Assembly: GCF_006345805.1 (NCBI RefSeq)
Contig: NC_043009.1
Span: forward strand, 61,690,001-61,754,000
Source: Octopus sinensis
Taxonomy: Eukaryota
Reading direction: 5' to 3'
DNA: 64,000 bases
Shown: in pieces, positions 48,500-62,742 of the stretch
How the letters are laid out: the number at the start of each line of letters is the position of its first letter
Numbering within the stretch: the first letter of the stretch is position 1
Program-made: the position numbers and the translations under genes
The notes under the pieces: generated by a model
Seen by the model: the letters and a program-made list of their open reading frames with translations, nothing else
Told to the model about the DNA's origin: nothing
Databases searched by the model: none

Positions 48500-49452
48500 A
48501 ACATTACCAAAATAATCATGCTGTAGCAGAATAACATTGTAGATAATGTCTTTGAATTTGTTCCATAGTAAAGAATGCTTAAAGCTATTTTCTGTATACA
48601 TTATTTTACAACACATTTTCAATAATTTTAATATCAATGAAAATGCAAAGAGAGGTGAACCAGTATTTCTTCATAGACAATTGTACAGAGTTCTTTCTAG
48701 AATACATTCAATTCTTGATGCAAATATAAAAATAAGACAACAATTCCCAAAGTAATAACGATAAAATATATAACAAATTAGAATTTTCAGAGATGCTCTC
48801 TCTTCACATTACAGCATCACAAAAATCAAAAACGGTTCAGAAAAAAACCTATTCTCAAATGAAATTATGTATTTCATGGCACCTTCATAAGGTTTCAAAA
48901 AATTTTATAGATTTCAAATAATTGTAGAATTTCCAAGAGTACTGCTAGTTTGTACAAGAAAAATATCCAACATTGTTTGAGGAATAAAGCATGCAGAGGA
49001 GCAAACATGGAGGCATAATCTATTGTAAATACATTTATGTTATTTGTAAGACTGATAGATTTTTTTAGAAATCACAGATCAGTTGAGCAGCTCACTGATA
49101 AAAAATATACATGTAGTACAGTATATTAATATTTGTTACAGTGTTACCAACATATTCAAAACTGTAGGTAGAACTTTAAATAGATTATGTCTTTGATTTT
49201 GTTCCATAGATAATATTTACTTCTTGACCTAAAGATATAAATAGCGGATAACATCTCAAGGACAAAGAAAGGAAAAGTGTACAAAAAAGAATATAGCTTT
49301 CAAAGATGTTCTCTCCTCAGACTGCACCTTCAGTAATAAATACATAAACTACATCATCTCAAGAATTATATGCTTCATAAAATAAACAATCTCAAAATAA
49401 ATTATGTATTTCCTAATTCTCTTTCATAGGAGACAACAAATATAATACGCAT

Positions 49453-49485
<33 letters not shown>

Positions 49486-50450
49486 GATGACAAGCTTCAT
49501 CAGCAAAGGCTGGATATGGGTTTCTGCATTTGAAAAGTTTTTTTGTTTAATAAGCAAAATCTTTTTATGGGTAACAAGCAGCTGTACATGCATGGAAGAA
49601 GCTTTTTGATCATGTCTGAAGTAAAAGCAAGGCTGATACAGCGTAGTACCATGAACAAAAACTTGAAATATGTGTGTGTGTGTGTGTATGGCCATGCAAG
49701 AGCCAAAAATGACCTTATGGAGGACAAGAAGGATACTGCGTTGATTGGAGAGGGAATCTGTGATGGATACATCAAACATCAATACTAGAAGGAAAATGTA
49801 CACCAATAGGATTCCAATATCTAAAATTGAACTGCCAAAAAGGATGTGAGATCCTTCTTGTTTGGTAAAAACTAAAGATGTCCATAAGCAATTTCGAAAG
49901 TACTGAGTACCAGCTTCTCACCCTTTTGTGATGGGTTGCTTTTGATTGTTTCACTAAAGTTTTAACTTCTTTGAGTTATATTCTATTGTTTTTCCTGCAC
50001 TGTTTTAGTACATAAACGTATATCTCAACATGACTTTCAAACCACTTTTATGATACAAGATGTATTCTATTATTATAATTATTATCATTATTATCTACTG
50101 AAAGTGGATTATACATTTTTATCACTTCATGGAACTGATAAACTTGTTGCTGATATTGCTCCTTTAAAGTATTGATTTCTCCTTAAAAGTGCTCTATCTT
50201 GTTACAAGTCCAGTGCACTGGCTAATTGTTCTGGTTCCTACTGAGGTGACATTTTACTAAAGTTTCAAAAATTCTTTTTCAGAAAACATCCAGTTTAACA
50301 CAGCATCCTTTTTTTCTCTTTGTGGCATACAAGATGGCCATGAAAGAGCAAAGAATAACAAAATTGGATGGAAAATTCGTCAATTCCTCTTCAGTTAAAC
50401 AACAGAGAGGAGAAGAAAAAACCATGGAAACCTGCCTGCTTCCACAGCAG
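48500..50450 (-). mobile_element. Very degraded hAT (Tip100/ZMYM1-like) transposase remnant
   Basis: Scattered minus-strand fragments resembling the RSWLxYS zinc-finger region, the xxDE catalytic region and the ERSFSKLKL motif; no intact frame. Confidence 0.35.
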
Positions 50451-52799
50451 TAATCTGTGACAATAGCAGCAACATGAAAATGGCTAAGCTTCCACTACTG
50501 TCATCAGTGACACCTGCTCTAGATATGCTGGAGAGAGTGTGGGCAATGATGACAATCAAGAGTTAAGGAGGCATTTTAGCATCATCAATAGATGAAACAC
50601 TAAAACACTAACAATAGCAACAACAATACTTCCACTGTAAACAATACCAGCACCAAGAACATGCCAATGACACTTGAAAATCTCTCAAAAAGTGATCATT
50701 TGTGCATATAACAGGTTCTTGAAAAGAACACCCTAGGAAATTAAAAACCAAGTGCTGGAAGGAATATTGTGAGACTGAGGGGACACTGGAGGAGGAGAGG
50801 AGAAAGATGACTTGCATGTGTGTCTCCAAGAAACTTTGTAAAGGGCAGTATTTTATACTGGCATAAGGTAAAAGTACCTCAAAGAGGTACATGACATCAT
50901 ATGGACCATGAAAAAAGACACTACAATGTAGTGCAGTTCCCATGCCACAGAGAAGAGGAGATGAAGAAAATTTCCAGTCACATGTACAATGGATGAATTT
51001 CGTCTGTTCCCAATGTACCGAGGTGGATGAACATCCAGGATTACACAACTGGAAGTGTTACTAGAGCTGGTTCAGTTGGTGATGATGGTGGAGGAGCATG
51101 GAAGAGTGGCCCCTACCAGATCGACCTTTTAGGTGAATTGGTCAAGGGTCCTTAACCTCATTGGCTTCAAGAGTGGCATGGAGGACAGGGAACCCACCCA
51201 ATTGTGAATACTATGGTAACTTCTTGAGGGCCTTCTGCCCTGAAGTGGAGAAAAATGTGTGATCCCTCCCCTCACTTTTGCAGCCAGCACCTGTAACACA
51301 AACACAGCAACCACAACAGTGGAAATAACATCAGCACAACCATTTCAAACAACAACAACCATCACCACAGCAACAACCTTTAGCTTCAGGCCATACCAAT
51401 GTCACTTCAACCAAAAAGTCACTGAACAACACCCACCCAAAAATAGACAGAGAATACTGACAAAATATAAAGCAAAAACCATACAGAAGTATATATACAT
51501 GTTGCTGTTCTTCTCCTTCTTTGACATTTGGTTAATAAACAAGGAGATGAGAAAGGGAGCATGGGAAAAAAATCACAGAGGAAGATGTAAAACAGCAACA
51601 CTGGTACAATGATGAAGGCTTGAGATGTTGACCATCCACCACTACTACCACCACCACACTGCCAGAACAAAAACAGCAATAAAAACAAAACTCACAGTGC
51701 AACAACCACCACAGCAAAATCAACTGAAGAAACGACAATAGTGAAACCCAGAAAATGGAAAACTGGTAGAGTCAGAACATTGCATAGAATCCCTTGTGAT
51801 ATTTGTTCCAGCTCTCTACATTCTGAGTTCAAGTCCTGCTGAGGTCACTTTTGTATTTCATGGTTTTGGGGGGTCAGTAAAAATAATCACCAATTTAGGG
51901 CAATAGTTGGTGGGCCTGTTTGAGTGTTACGTGAGACACCTTGTAATATCTGTTCCGGCTCTTGCATATTGACAACAACACTCACGACAGCACTGGAGCC
52001 AAGCTGCATCGGCCCAAGTTGATGGCCTTTCCTTGGATAAACATTGATGTTGTGAAGTGGGGGAGACTTGCAATGCGTGGGCATTTTCCAGTATTCCTCA
52101 AATATAAAAAAAAGGTGCCCAAGTTTGCATGTACATGCATAGATGCATGGTCAATCCTGACCAATGAAGGTACTATGTAAACCCACAATCACATCAGCAA
52201 AAGTAACAACAGTCAAACAAATAGGCAAAACAACAACCATCACTGCAAAAATATCAAATGAAGCAATAAAACTGACAACTGCAGCAACATCCTCATCCAA
52301 ACATATGAAAATCACTCTTCCTCAACTATACTGTTGTAAATAGGAACAACAAGTTTATGAAAAGCACAAGAAAGCAGAGAAGGAAGACTTTAAGGGAGTT
52401 CATCTCCCAAAAATGTTGGAATAGACTTTTGCTGTAAACATCATCAGAAGTCTATATGATACAGGAATTATCTGAGAGAGAGAGAGTGGACAAGACCTAT
52501 TTGCATGAGCTTTTCAGAAACCATATTGCACCACTAACAGTATGCAATGAGCAGCTGGCAACATTGCAAATATAAGGCACCTAATCTTGGTCTGCACTCA
52601 TGAGAAAAGACAATGCGCTGAAGGACATATCTTCCAAATGGTACCTCTGCAAATTATGCAGTCTCTGAGCGTGTGTGCACATTATTGATCGAGGCACTGA
52701 AAGATATACCCTAGACTAGGGGTTAGCAGCAAATAGACTTCTTCACTTGTGGAATCCATCTCATTCACAATTACATTTTATCTGGAACATATAGGTGTG

Positions 52800-55380
52800 A
52801 TGGTCAGGCATACCAACAGAGCAATGTGGACATTTTCCACTTCTGCTCAAACTTTCAGGCACGGCTTCCTTTCATTTCATTTCTGAATCAGACGGCTACC
52901 CTTCTTGTGACCTCTTCTCAGTTTTTATCCACTTGGAAAGCTGTAGTAAACCAGCCCTTGAGCACCTTAGAAGAACCCATCTCCAATGTTCTTGCTAATC
53001 TAAGCACCAAACTGCACACCCATTGCCATATCCCAGTTAATGCATGTCCATGATATCACGAGGTACTTTTCGAGGATGGTGTGAACTACACTGATTTCCA
53101 ATGAATACAATACCATCGTATCCACCCCTGCTATCAGCTACTCATTGAATCTCAAAGTGCGTCTATGATCATACCAATCTCTCACTAACACTAATAGGTG
53201 AGATGTTCTTAGGAAAGTTTCTAGATACTTGAAGAAGTCTGGCCATCTGACTTCTTCAGGAACTTGGAAAGGGCATAAATAGCCACTAACTTCAACTGCT
53301 ACAAACATTTAAAATCCCTTTTTTACTATTTGGGTCTAGAAAGATCATCCTTAGCTGAAGATTTCCATCGTTATGGGACAACATTGCCATCCAATTTGAT
53401 CTATAAACACAGGGTGTAAAGCTCATAGACATTTAGAAGGAATGAGAGGACTTATGGCTCAGAAACTCTGGTTTCACTTGTGGCTATAACATCAATATTT
53501 AATGACCTATGGTCACTCAGCAGGTGACCTGGTTTCCAAACAACCCATAGGTGACCCATGTTCACACATTCCACTCGCAATGTTGCTTTAGCAGAAGATG
53601 AGAGAAGTCCACTTACCTTATGGTTTGTGTTGGGGTGCATTGAGCATTTGAGGTTCATTAAAATATACCTCTAGCATTTTGAAGGTTGGGGTTCTTTTGA
53701 ACATTGCTATATCCATTGCAAATTTTTCCTTCATAATTTCATATGCTCCTGATGGTGGGTTTTCATCAGAAGCATGTCCTTTGCAGTTTTTAAAAGGAAT
53801 ATTTCTATCCCATTCCCCCTGTTTCTACTTTTATTAAGTCTTCTATATAATATGAGCTCCATCAACACTTTGTTCGTACAAACAGAAATGAAGTTGAGGA
53901 GTGGTTGTTGTTTTTGATGGTGTGCTTTTGCTGTTCTTTTTTGTGTTGTTACCATCAGCAGGCAGATTTGTCATTTTCACACCCTTCTTTGTGAATTAAG
54001 GTCTGCCATCCTTTCAAGTGCTGGAGAATTTTCTCTACTTAGGGAAATTTTCTGATTCAACTTTGTCAGATGGGAGGTTTTGAAAAATGCAAAAAAAAAA
54101 AAAAAAAACCGAAAGCAATGGCATTTTTATGGGAATTTCATACTAATTTGTTGTTTGAGAAAGGATATTTCTCAGCCACAGCTGTGGGAGCCACAAAGGA
54201 GATTGTGTTTTCACCTGTTTGTTTTTGTTGATTTTGCTGTTGTTGCTGTGGAGTTGTTACCGATGTTGGTAGCAGCACCATTTTGTTTTGTAGCTGCTGC
54301 TTTACAATGGCAAAAAGGTTTAAGATGGTTAGCAGCATCACAATTAAAACACCCTGGCTTTCTGCCTGCTACAACTATTACCATCATGTTTTGTATACTT
54401 TCAACATGGAAAAGTTCTGGAAAATTTAAACTCCCCAGTTGAATTTCCAGGCATTTCTCATGGGAAGAAAACCAATTGTCTATTACTCCTCATGTTATTC
54501 TACCATCACCACTAAAATCCATTGCTCAAAGTTTGGTGCCACATTATTTGGTAGAACAATGACTTGTACAAGCAGGAATCGGATAAAATTCCTTAAAGAT
54601 ATGGGTTAGTAGAATACTTCTCTACTCCTTTCTTACTTTGGAACAAATCTTCCATGGAGCAATAATGTTTCCCTTTTCTGATTACCAAATGGCACTGGCA
54701 GACTTTTCAGGCACTTTTCTGCCTGCACAGAAGAAGAGTTTTGTATCATTCTTGCTTTGTTCCTTTTCGTTTATCAATACTCAAGTGACTGTATTGCTCA
54801 GGGAATGATTAAGTTCATCTTTTGGAAGCACTATAGCCAATTTAATCGATCTACATACTTGGCTAGTACTTTATTTTATCAACCTTCTCACAGAATGATG
54901 AAAGCTTCAAGTGGATACTGGTAGAATATGAACTCAGAACATAAAGAGAAGAGACTAAATACTGCAAAATATTTGGTCTGATGTTCTATTGATTCTGCTA
55001 GACAAAGTTATTTTCTGTTGGAAAAATAACAGTAAAATTGGGAATTTGAAGAAACTGATGATGGTCTACAAAGAGAAAAAATTTTTGATAGAAGAATTCA
55101 TAAAAGAATTTGGTAAGCTCATTTTCTGCAGGAATGAAGATTCTAAGCTTTGCTCTCCATGAATTCAACATATCAAACCCTTCCACACCTCACAAAAAGA
55201 CATTAAATAATTAACCGATTTATTGCCAGTAATTATTTTAAGATTGTATGAAATAGCTGATACTTTTAATGATGTCTATTAAAACTTCATCCTCAGGCAG
55301 GAGAAAATCTGCCTTCGCACAGAAGCTTCAGCTACAGTTAGTAAACGCCCGGAGAGAATTAACAGAATTTTATTTACCCA
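52800..55380 (-). mobile_element. Degraded L1/Tx1-type LINE pieces (endonuclease and RT)
   Basis: ECVNMGHL...LNIDVIATSET (APE endonuclease N-terminus-like) and PAENELTKFFYEFF (PGxDGxxxEFY-like). Confidence 0.45.
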
Positions 55381-55793
55381 GAATCCAAATAGCTAATTTT
55401 CAGTGAGTAAGCGAATAATTGTGGCAAGAGATTTTCAAAATTAGTGAGGAAGAGGATAGTTGATAAAATTGCCAATTCAATATGTCACTGGGGGTTATTT
55501 AGAAATAAATAGAAAAAAGAAGGGCAAAGTCAACCTCAGCAGGATTTGAATTCAGAATATAAAGGGAGCAAATACAGCAAAATATTTTGTTTGTTATCTG
55601 ATTAAAAATTTAATAATTAACTTTGAAAAATACACGAACAAATAAAAAAAACAAACATATATACACATACATATAAATGTATATATATATGTTCACATTG
55701 CAATTACACAATGTTGTAATGTCTAATATTACATATATCTCACATATATAATACCTGTAATATCTAATATATATATATATATATGCATACATA

Positions 55794-57077
55794 CAGAATG
55801 CAATGGGTAAATTGTCACCATTTTATATTTTTAATTTCGTGCATGCACATTGTTTGTTTTTGATTTTGTTGACTACACAGTATAGTAGGGTCAGTTGGGC
55901 ACTGTCTGTGAGAAAACCAGCACCATGACACAAGTCACTCTGCCAGAAATTTAGAAATGGCATGGTGCCAGAAGCACCAATACAAACATTTCAGGATGTT
56001 TGGGTGACAATCTGAGGACAGTGCAGAGGATTTGGAAAGAGTTGGATGAGTCTAATGGTGAATAGGAAGGTATGGTAGCTCAGAAAACTCACTCTGATCA
56101 TTCTGATAAGAAAAGAACTCCTGAATTTGTTGGTGAGGTCCAGGCCATGATTGGCAGCAAACCCTCCAAGTCAATCAGGTCCATCGCCAGGGAGATGGGC
56201 GTGTCTAAGTTTCTTATTAGGCAGGTAGTGCATGAAGACATTCAGTATTCTCATACAAGATGAGAAGGGGCCACTTTTTATTCCAAGCCATCAAGGACAA
56301 GAGAAAAGACTGCACTACACAGCTTTTGAACAAACTCAAGCATCCCTCCAACTGAACATGCTTTGGTTTTTCTCAGATGAGAAAAATTTCTGCCAGTATT
56401 AGATGGTGGACACACAGAAAAACCGTTGGCTTGCTAAGTTCCCAAAGCATGTACCATGAATGATAAAAATCAAACATCCAGTCAACATCATGGTGTTTGG
56501 AATGATCACTAGTGATAGCGATGTTGAGCTGCTATTATCTTCCCACATGGCCTCAGACTCAATACGGAGGCTTACATCAAGTGTCTGGAGGAGGTAATGT
56601 TGTCCTTGGTCAAGAGGGTGGCTGTTGGAAGACCCTATGTCTGGCAACAGGACTCTGCACTATGCCACACAAGCAAGAGAACCCAGTCATGGCTGTCAGA
56701 TAATTTCTGCAACCTAATCACCCTTAACATCTGGCCACCTAACTCTTCAGACTGCAACCCCCTTGGTTATTATGTGTGGGGGCACAGTTGAGCGAGAGAC
56801 CAACAAAACTCCTTGTAACACCAAAGATGAACTGAAGGCAAGGATTATGGCAGCATTCACCAACTTAAACAAGGAGACTGTTCAGAAGAGTCGCAAGAGA
56901 TTCTGAAGTTGTCTGGGGGCTGTGATTGAAGCCAATGGCAATTTTATTGAATAAATTTACTCTTTAGTATTTCAAGACATTTTTATGTAATTTTGGTAAA
57001 TATATCTGTTAAAGTGAAATGTCAGTGTTATTTTCATTTTTGCGGAATTTAGATGATAATTTATTTATCACACCCTG
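55794..57077 (+). mobile_element. Defective full-length Tc1/mariner element, DD37D (maT) type
   Basis: TA flanks and degenerate TIRs; FFSDEKNF...VWQQDSALCH-37 aa-(D>G)YYVWG with a WPPNSSDCNPL motif; stops and frameshifts. Confidence 0.88.
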
Positions 57078-57929
57078 TATATATGCATCTTGTCTTTTTT
57101 TAATTTGGTAAAAAATACAAAACAAAGATTAATTAGAGCAAATAATCAAATATAGATTGGTTAAATAGGTTTATATTAGTAAAGTTTGATTAGTTAAAAT
57201 CAGTAACACATGAACACAAGGCCAGAAATTCTTACATGAACACAAGACCAGGGAAATTTTGGTGGAAGGCAACAGTCAATTATATTGACCCCCAGATTTG
57301 ACTGGTACTTATTTTATCAACCTCCAAAAGGATGAAAGGCAAAGTCGACCTTGGTAGGATTTGAATACTTGTATTAGTAATAATATTAACATAACAAACA
57401 CATGATATGGATAAGTAACAGGTGTGGAAAGCTTCAATCAACAAAAGTGTTAGAACAATATTGAGGGAAGGGAGTGAGGAACAGAAAAAAACAAGGAGAT
57501 TCACAGCCTTTGTGTGTACACATGCATATATGCTGTGTGTATTTGTGAGCGTGTATGTGTGTACATGTATATGTGTATCATGTGTGTGTGTGTATGTGTG
57601 TGTACATGTAATAATGAAAATTGTTATATTGGTATAAAGTATTTATTACTTGTTTGTGTCAGTATTAAAATGTACTTGTCCAGTATAATCATCGTTATAA
57701 ATGCCTCATGGTTAATTACACAGCACAGAATACATTGTCTGTAATTTCAATGTGAAGTAGTTACATTGTGAGCAAGTAACATTATTGGTAAATTCATTGT
57801 CATTTTTTTTAGATATTCACTGAATAAACACATCACAAAACATTATTTAAAGCTTTTATTCAGAGACTAAATATATTGCATTTTATTAACAAGAAGAAAT
57901 TCAAAAACAAAAATCATTAATATTGAATT

Positions 57930-58286
57930 TATTATCTCTGCCTTAGCAACGGCAGAGGTATTATTTTCAGTTGTGTTAGTTTGTTTGTTTGTCCATGGAC
58001 AAGATATCTCAAGAACTGCTGGATGGATTTGGATGAAACTGTCAGAGACGTTTGGCCTTGTGGCTGGCACGAACTGATTAGATTTTGGGACCAGGATTCT
58101 GGATTATCTTTCCTGTTTTTTAATTTAATTTTTGAGAGCAGTCAGGTTCATATTTAGTATTATTGTTTGTGAGAGCAGTCGAGTTTATTTCAGATATTTT
58201 CATTTAAAAAAATCATCTGCAGCTAATCGTTGAGAGGATGTTAGTGTTGCCTTGGTGGAGGTTTGCATTCTCTGAGTGCTCTTGTT
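57930..58286 (+). mobile_element. Helentron-associated (HINE/DINE-1-like) element, second copy
   Basis: ttatctctgcc/ggcagaggta 5' inverted repeat, (GTTT)n tract, 3' ggtggagg plus gcattc-tct-gagtgc stem-loop. Confidence 0.7.
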
Positions 58287-60389
58287 CAATTTATGGGTCT
58301 TTCTAATTTTGGCACAAGGACAGAAGTTCTGAGGGAGGGGGAATCTGATTACATTGACCCCAGTGTTCAACTCATACTTATTTTATCGACCTTGAAAGGA
58401 CGAAAGGCAAAGTTGATCTCAGTGAAATTTGAACTCAGAGCAGGAATTATTCCTGGTGTGGTTATGATTCTGCCAGCTTGCTGCCTTCACTTAATATATA
58501 ATCTTTTATCTTTTTACTGATTTCAGTCATTGGACTGTGGTCATGTTGGAGCACTCACTGCTTTGACGAGAGCAAATCAACTCTAGAACTTATTGTTTGA
58601 AGCGGACAAACACACATGTATGTATGTTTGTATGTATCCACACACAACAGGCTTCCCACAGTTTCTGTCTACCAAATTCACTCACAAAGCATTGGACATT
58701 TGTTCCAAGGTACTGTGTAGTGGGACTGAACCCAAAATCACATGGCTGCAAAGTAAGCTTTTTGACCAAACACCCAAATGCCTGTGCCTTAAAAAAAAAT
58801 TTTTTTTAAGTATCACACACAATAAAAAGATAATAAAAAGACAAATTATGAGCAATGTATCTTAAATAATTCAGTACTTTTTGACTTTGATTTTCATTGA
58901 CAATGCAAATCTATCTGTACAACCATTATGCATCTTTCAATAACGAAAAGAAATTTTTGTCTTTGAATTTCTTTTACATTGTTCCAGTGCCACATAAAAA
59001 GCACCTGTATTGGTACCATGTATAAAGCATCCATGCTGGTCCCACGTTAAAGCACTGGTGCCATGTTAAAGCACTGGTGCCACGTTAAAGCACTAGTGCC
59101 ACATTAAAGCACTGGTGCTGGTGCCATGTAAAAAGCACCCAGTACACTCTGTAAAGACATTGGCATTAGGAAGGGCATCCAGCTGTAGAAATCCTGCCAG
59201 AACAAAAACAAATGGAGCCTGGTGCAGCTCTCTGGTTGGCTGGCTCCTGTCAAACCGTCCAACCCAAGGCAGCATGGAAAATGGATGTTAAATGATGGCA
59301 ATGATGATATTAAGGAAATGTGATGCATTTAATTTTGCAAATTAAAAAGACAAAAAATCTTCATAGTTTAGTAATGTATTTACTTTGTGGATACTGACCA
59401 ATCATGTATTGGTTTGCAATGGACTTACTAGCTAATCTAATTCCAGACAATGTGATGTAATTATCCCACAATGAATTTACTGTGAATTATAAATGTGACA
59501 TGTTTGTAGAGGTAGGAGTGGCAACGTATCTCACTCTTGCCATCCATGGTGAGTCTAAGTAAGGTCTACCCTTCCCATATCTCCCATGTCAACCGTCAGC
59601 AGGAGTGAGCTACAAGAAAGAGGTAGCTATTCTTGAATGCTACTAACTGCAGACTAACTACAGAGCACATTAGAATTCAGGCATCCACATCCTCAACATT
59701 TATTTAAGATGAAAATTAACATTCAAGTTATTGAAAGGTAAGGGTACCAGAATTGGCAGTTGTTAGTAACAAATCTATAACCTATTGGTTTGTGGTTCAA
59801 GCCCTGTCAAGGATCAATGAAACAGAAAGAGAAATAGAAGTAGCTAGAAGTAAGAGATAGAAAGGATAAGATCTTAAATTGACTGTTTATATGGTAGATC
59901 AATTGTCATAGCTTTCAGCTCACATTCTATAAGGTTATTGTTTAATGTCAGGTTAGCCCTGTTTGAACAAACTGATGATCAGAGGCATTCTAGCCTTGGC
60001 TATCTAGAACTATCTCTGTTAAAAATAGCGGGGTTTAATTTAAAGGAAATCTGGCTGCTATTTCTAGCAAGTCGAAGAACCATGTAGAGATGCCTTCAAT
60101 GCTTGAACCACCTAACATGATATTATCCCTGTGCAACCAAACTAAAAATAGACTATTTAGAGATGTGGCCTGGTTCTTTCTACACTTAACAACCTGAGAA
60201 GGAATCTAAAATTTATTTTCAAAGGCAGGAGAACAATGGATACAAATCTTAATAGATTCTTTTAAGGACCTCAAGAGCATGATTCTGATACTGGAGATTT
60301 GTGTTCAAGATATGAGTGAATAGTCTAACTATATACACTGGATGCTAGAAAGAAGTCTAGACAAGAACATCATTATCACACTATATATA

Positions 60390-61633
60390 TTGGGTCATCT
60401 CATAAATAATGTGGGTTTTTTATACTTCTTTTATTTTTCAAAATTAAGATAAACAAAGTTCTTTTTTAATCTAAAATATACTCTCCTTCATTTTCTACAA
60501 TACTCTTCCATCTATCAGGTAGACTTGCAAGGCCCCTCTTCCAATATTCACTTATCCGTAACAAAAAAATAATCCTCCAGTATTGTTCTGACCTTTTCTA
60601 CAGAATTCATATATTTTCTGTCCAAATGATTTTGAAGAATGCAAAATAAATGATAATCTGATTGGGTAATGTCTGGCGAATATGGTGGGTGGGGCATCGT
60701 TTCCCATTCACTCTGCTCCAGCCTTTGGAATGTCATCCTTGCTGTGTGTGGCTGAGCATTATCCTGATGGAAGAACACCTTTTATCTTGAAACCAAAGAT
60801 GGTCGGTTTTCTTCTAGTGCTGACTTAAGCCACTCCATCTGCTCACATTAGATCTCCTTTGTTATCATTTGGTTTGGGTTTAAATGTTCAAAGTAGACTA
60901 AACCTTTCATATCCCACCAAACAGATAACAACACCTGACATGGGTGAAGATCTTTAGCCTGGGATGCTGGTATTTCTCCTTTTCCTACCCACTGTCTTTG
61001 GCACTTGACATTTTTATAGAGAACCCATTTCTTGTCACCACTCACCATTTGGTCCAAAAATGGTTCATTCATAAGACGTGACAGCAAAGAAGAGCACACA
61101 TTCACTCTCTGCATGTGATTAGACTCAGAAAGTTTGTGGGGAACCCACTGACCTAATTTGCTGACTTTTCTAATGGCATGCAGGTGTCGATGAATGGCTG
61201 CATGACCAAATCCAAGCTTCTCTGCTAGTTCAACAGTTATGGTGGGATTTTGTTCCACCAGGATTTGCAGGCCGTCCTTGTTGAGCTCTACAGATCTTCC
61301 ATGACATGGCTTGTCTTCTAGGCTGTAATTTCCAGCTCAGAATTTCTGGAACTACTGTTATGGTCTATTTGGTCTATTTATACTATAAATTTATGATCCA
61401 TACTGGCTTACGTTTATTGTCTGATCCCCATGTACTGCATTAATATTCCTCACACTTTCCATTGCATTGTTGCCTTTATTGAACTCAAAGCAAAGTATGT
61501 CAAATATGCTCCTTTGTCACTTTTATTATAGTTTTGCTTTTATTGCAAGCTGATGGAGGTAGTTTATCCTGTCCCCCTCTGACTTTTAGTTCATGCAGTT
61601 AAAAAAACCCACATTATTTACGGGATGACCCAA
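60390..61633 (-). mobile_element. Defective full-length mariner element (DD34D)
   Basis: TIRs ttgggtcatctcataaataatgtgggtttttt / aaaaaacccacattatttacgggatgacccaa with TA TSD; WVPHKL, SGDKKW and HQDNAQPH-34 aa-D with YSPD; frameshifted. Confidence 0.93.
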
Positions 61634-62693
61634 TAGTTTAACATAATGTTAGACATAACTATTCTTAGTTTTGATGAGGCCATTATTTTGGATTAAAATC
61701 AAAATTAAGAAGTGTATGGCAGTGGAAATTAGCTGACCAGATAATCAAGTTTCCATAGATACTCTTCTCAAGAGGATACTCTTGTAGTGGAGGCTTAACA
61801 TCTTATGAATATTCTGTAATGCTTTAAAAATGGCTGAAGATGAGAAGTTTAGTGAGTTTCCACGAACAATGATTGACAGCTTCAGTTTAATTACAAATTC
61901 TGACACAAAATATTTCCATGTCTGATGTTAACTTTGAAGCAGCAAAGTCTGCTGAAGTAAATGAACTGTATGCTCTGTAGAAATTCTTTGCATTGCCAGG
62001 CAACAATTCTAATTTTCAATACTTTACAAACACAAAGAACAATTCAATGTATAAATTTTTTTCCAAATGACAAACTATGTATACATTAATTACTTTGAAT
62101 ATATATATAAAACTGGAAAAAATTTAAATGACTTTTGTGTGTATTGTATGTTGATTTAAATTTACATACAGCTTTGTAATCTCAAAGTGGCAGTGTAGAT
62201 AACAGAGTACTAAATTTGGTCTATTTATACTATAAATTTATGATCCATGCATTTGATCCAAACAAATGTGTTTAATTGTTTGTAGAGAGATCAATACCAG
62301 TTATGCACTGCTTGTGTAGCAAGTACACATTGTACCTTGGAAAGAACATTGTTGTTGGTATAATTGTTGATTTTTAGCTGTGTCACAAGGCTATAAATTT
62401 GCAAAGCAGGAGTGCCATCACTGAACCAATCCTAGTACACTGCTGGCACTTACAGTACGCTTTACTCTTTTACTTGTTTCAGTCATTTGACTGTGGCCAT
62501 GCTGGAGCACTGCCTTGAGTCGAGCAAATCGACCCTAGGACTTATTCTTTGTAAGACCAGTACTTATTCTATTGGTCTCTTTAGCCGAACTGCTAAGTTA
62601 CGGGGACGTAAACACACCAGCATCAGTTGTCAAGCGATGTTGGGGGGACAAACACAGACACACAAACATATACACACACACACACATACATAC

Positions 62694-62742
<49 letters not shown>

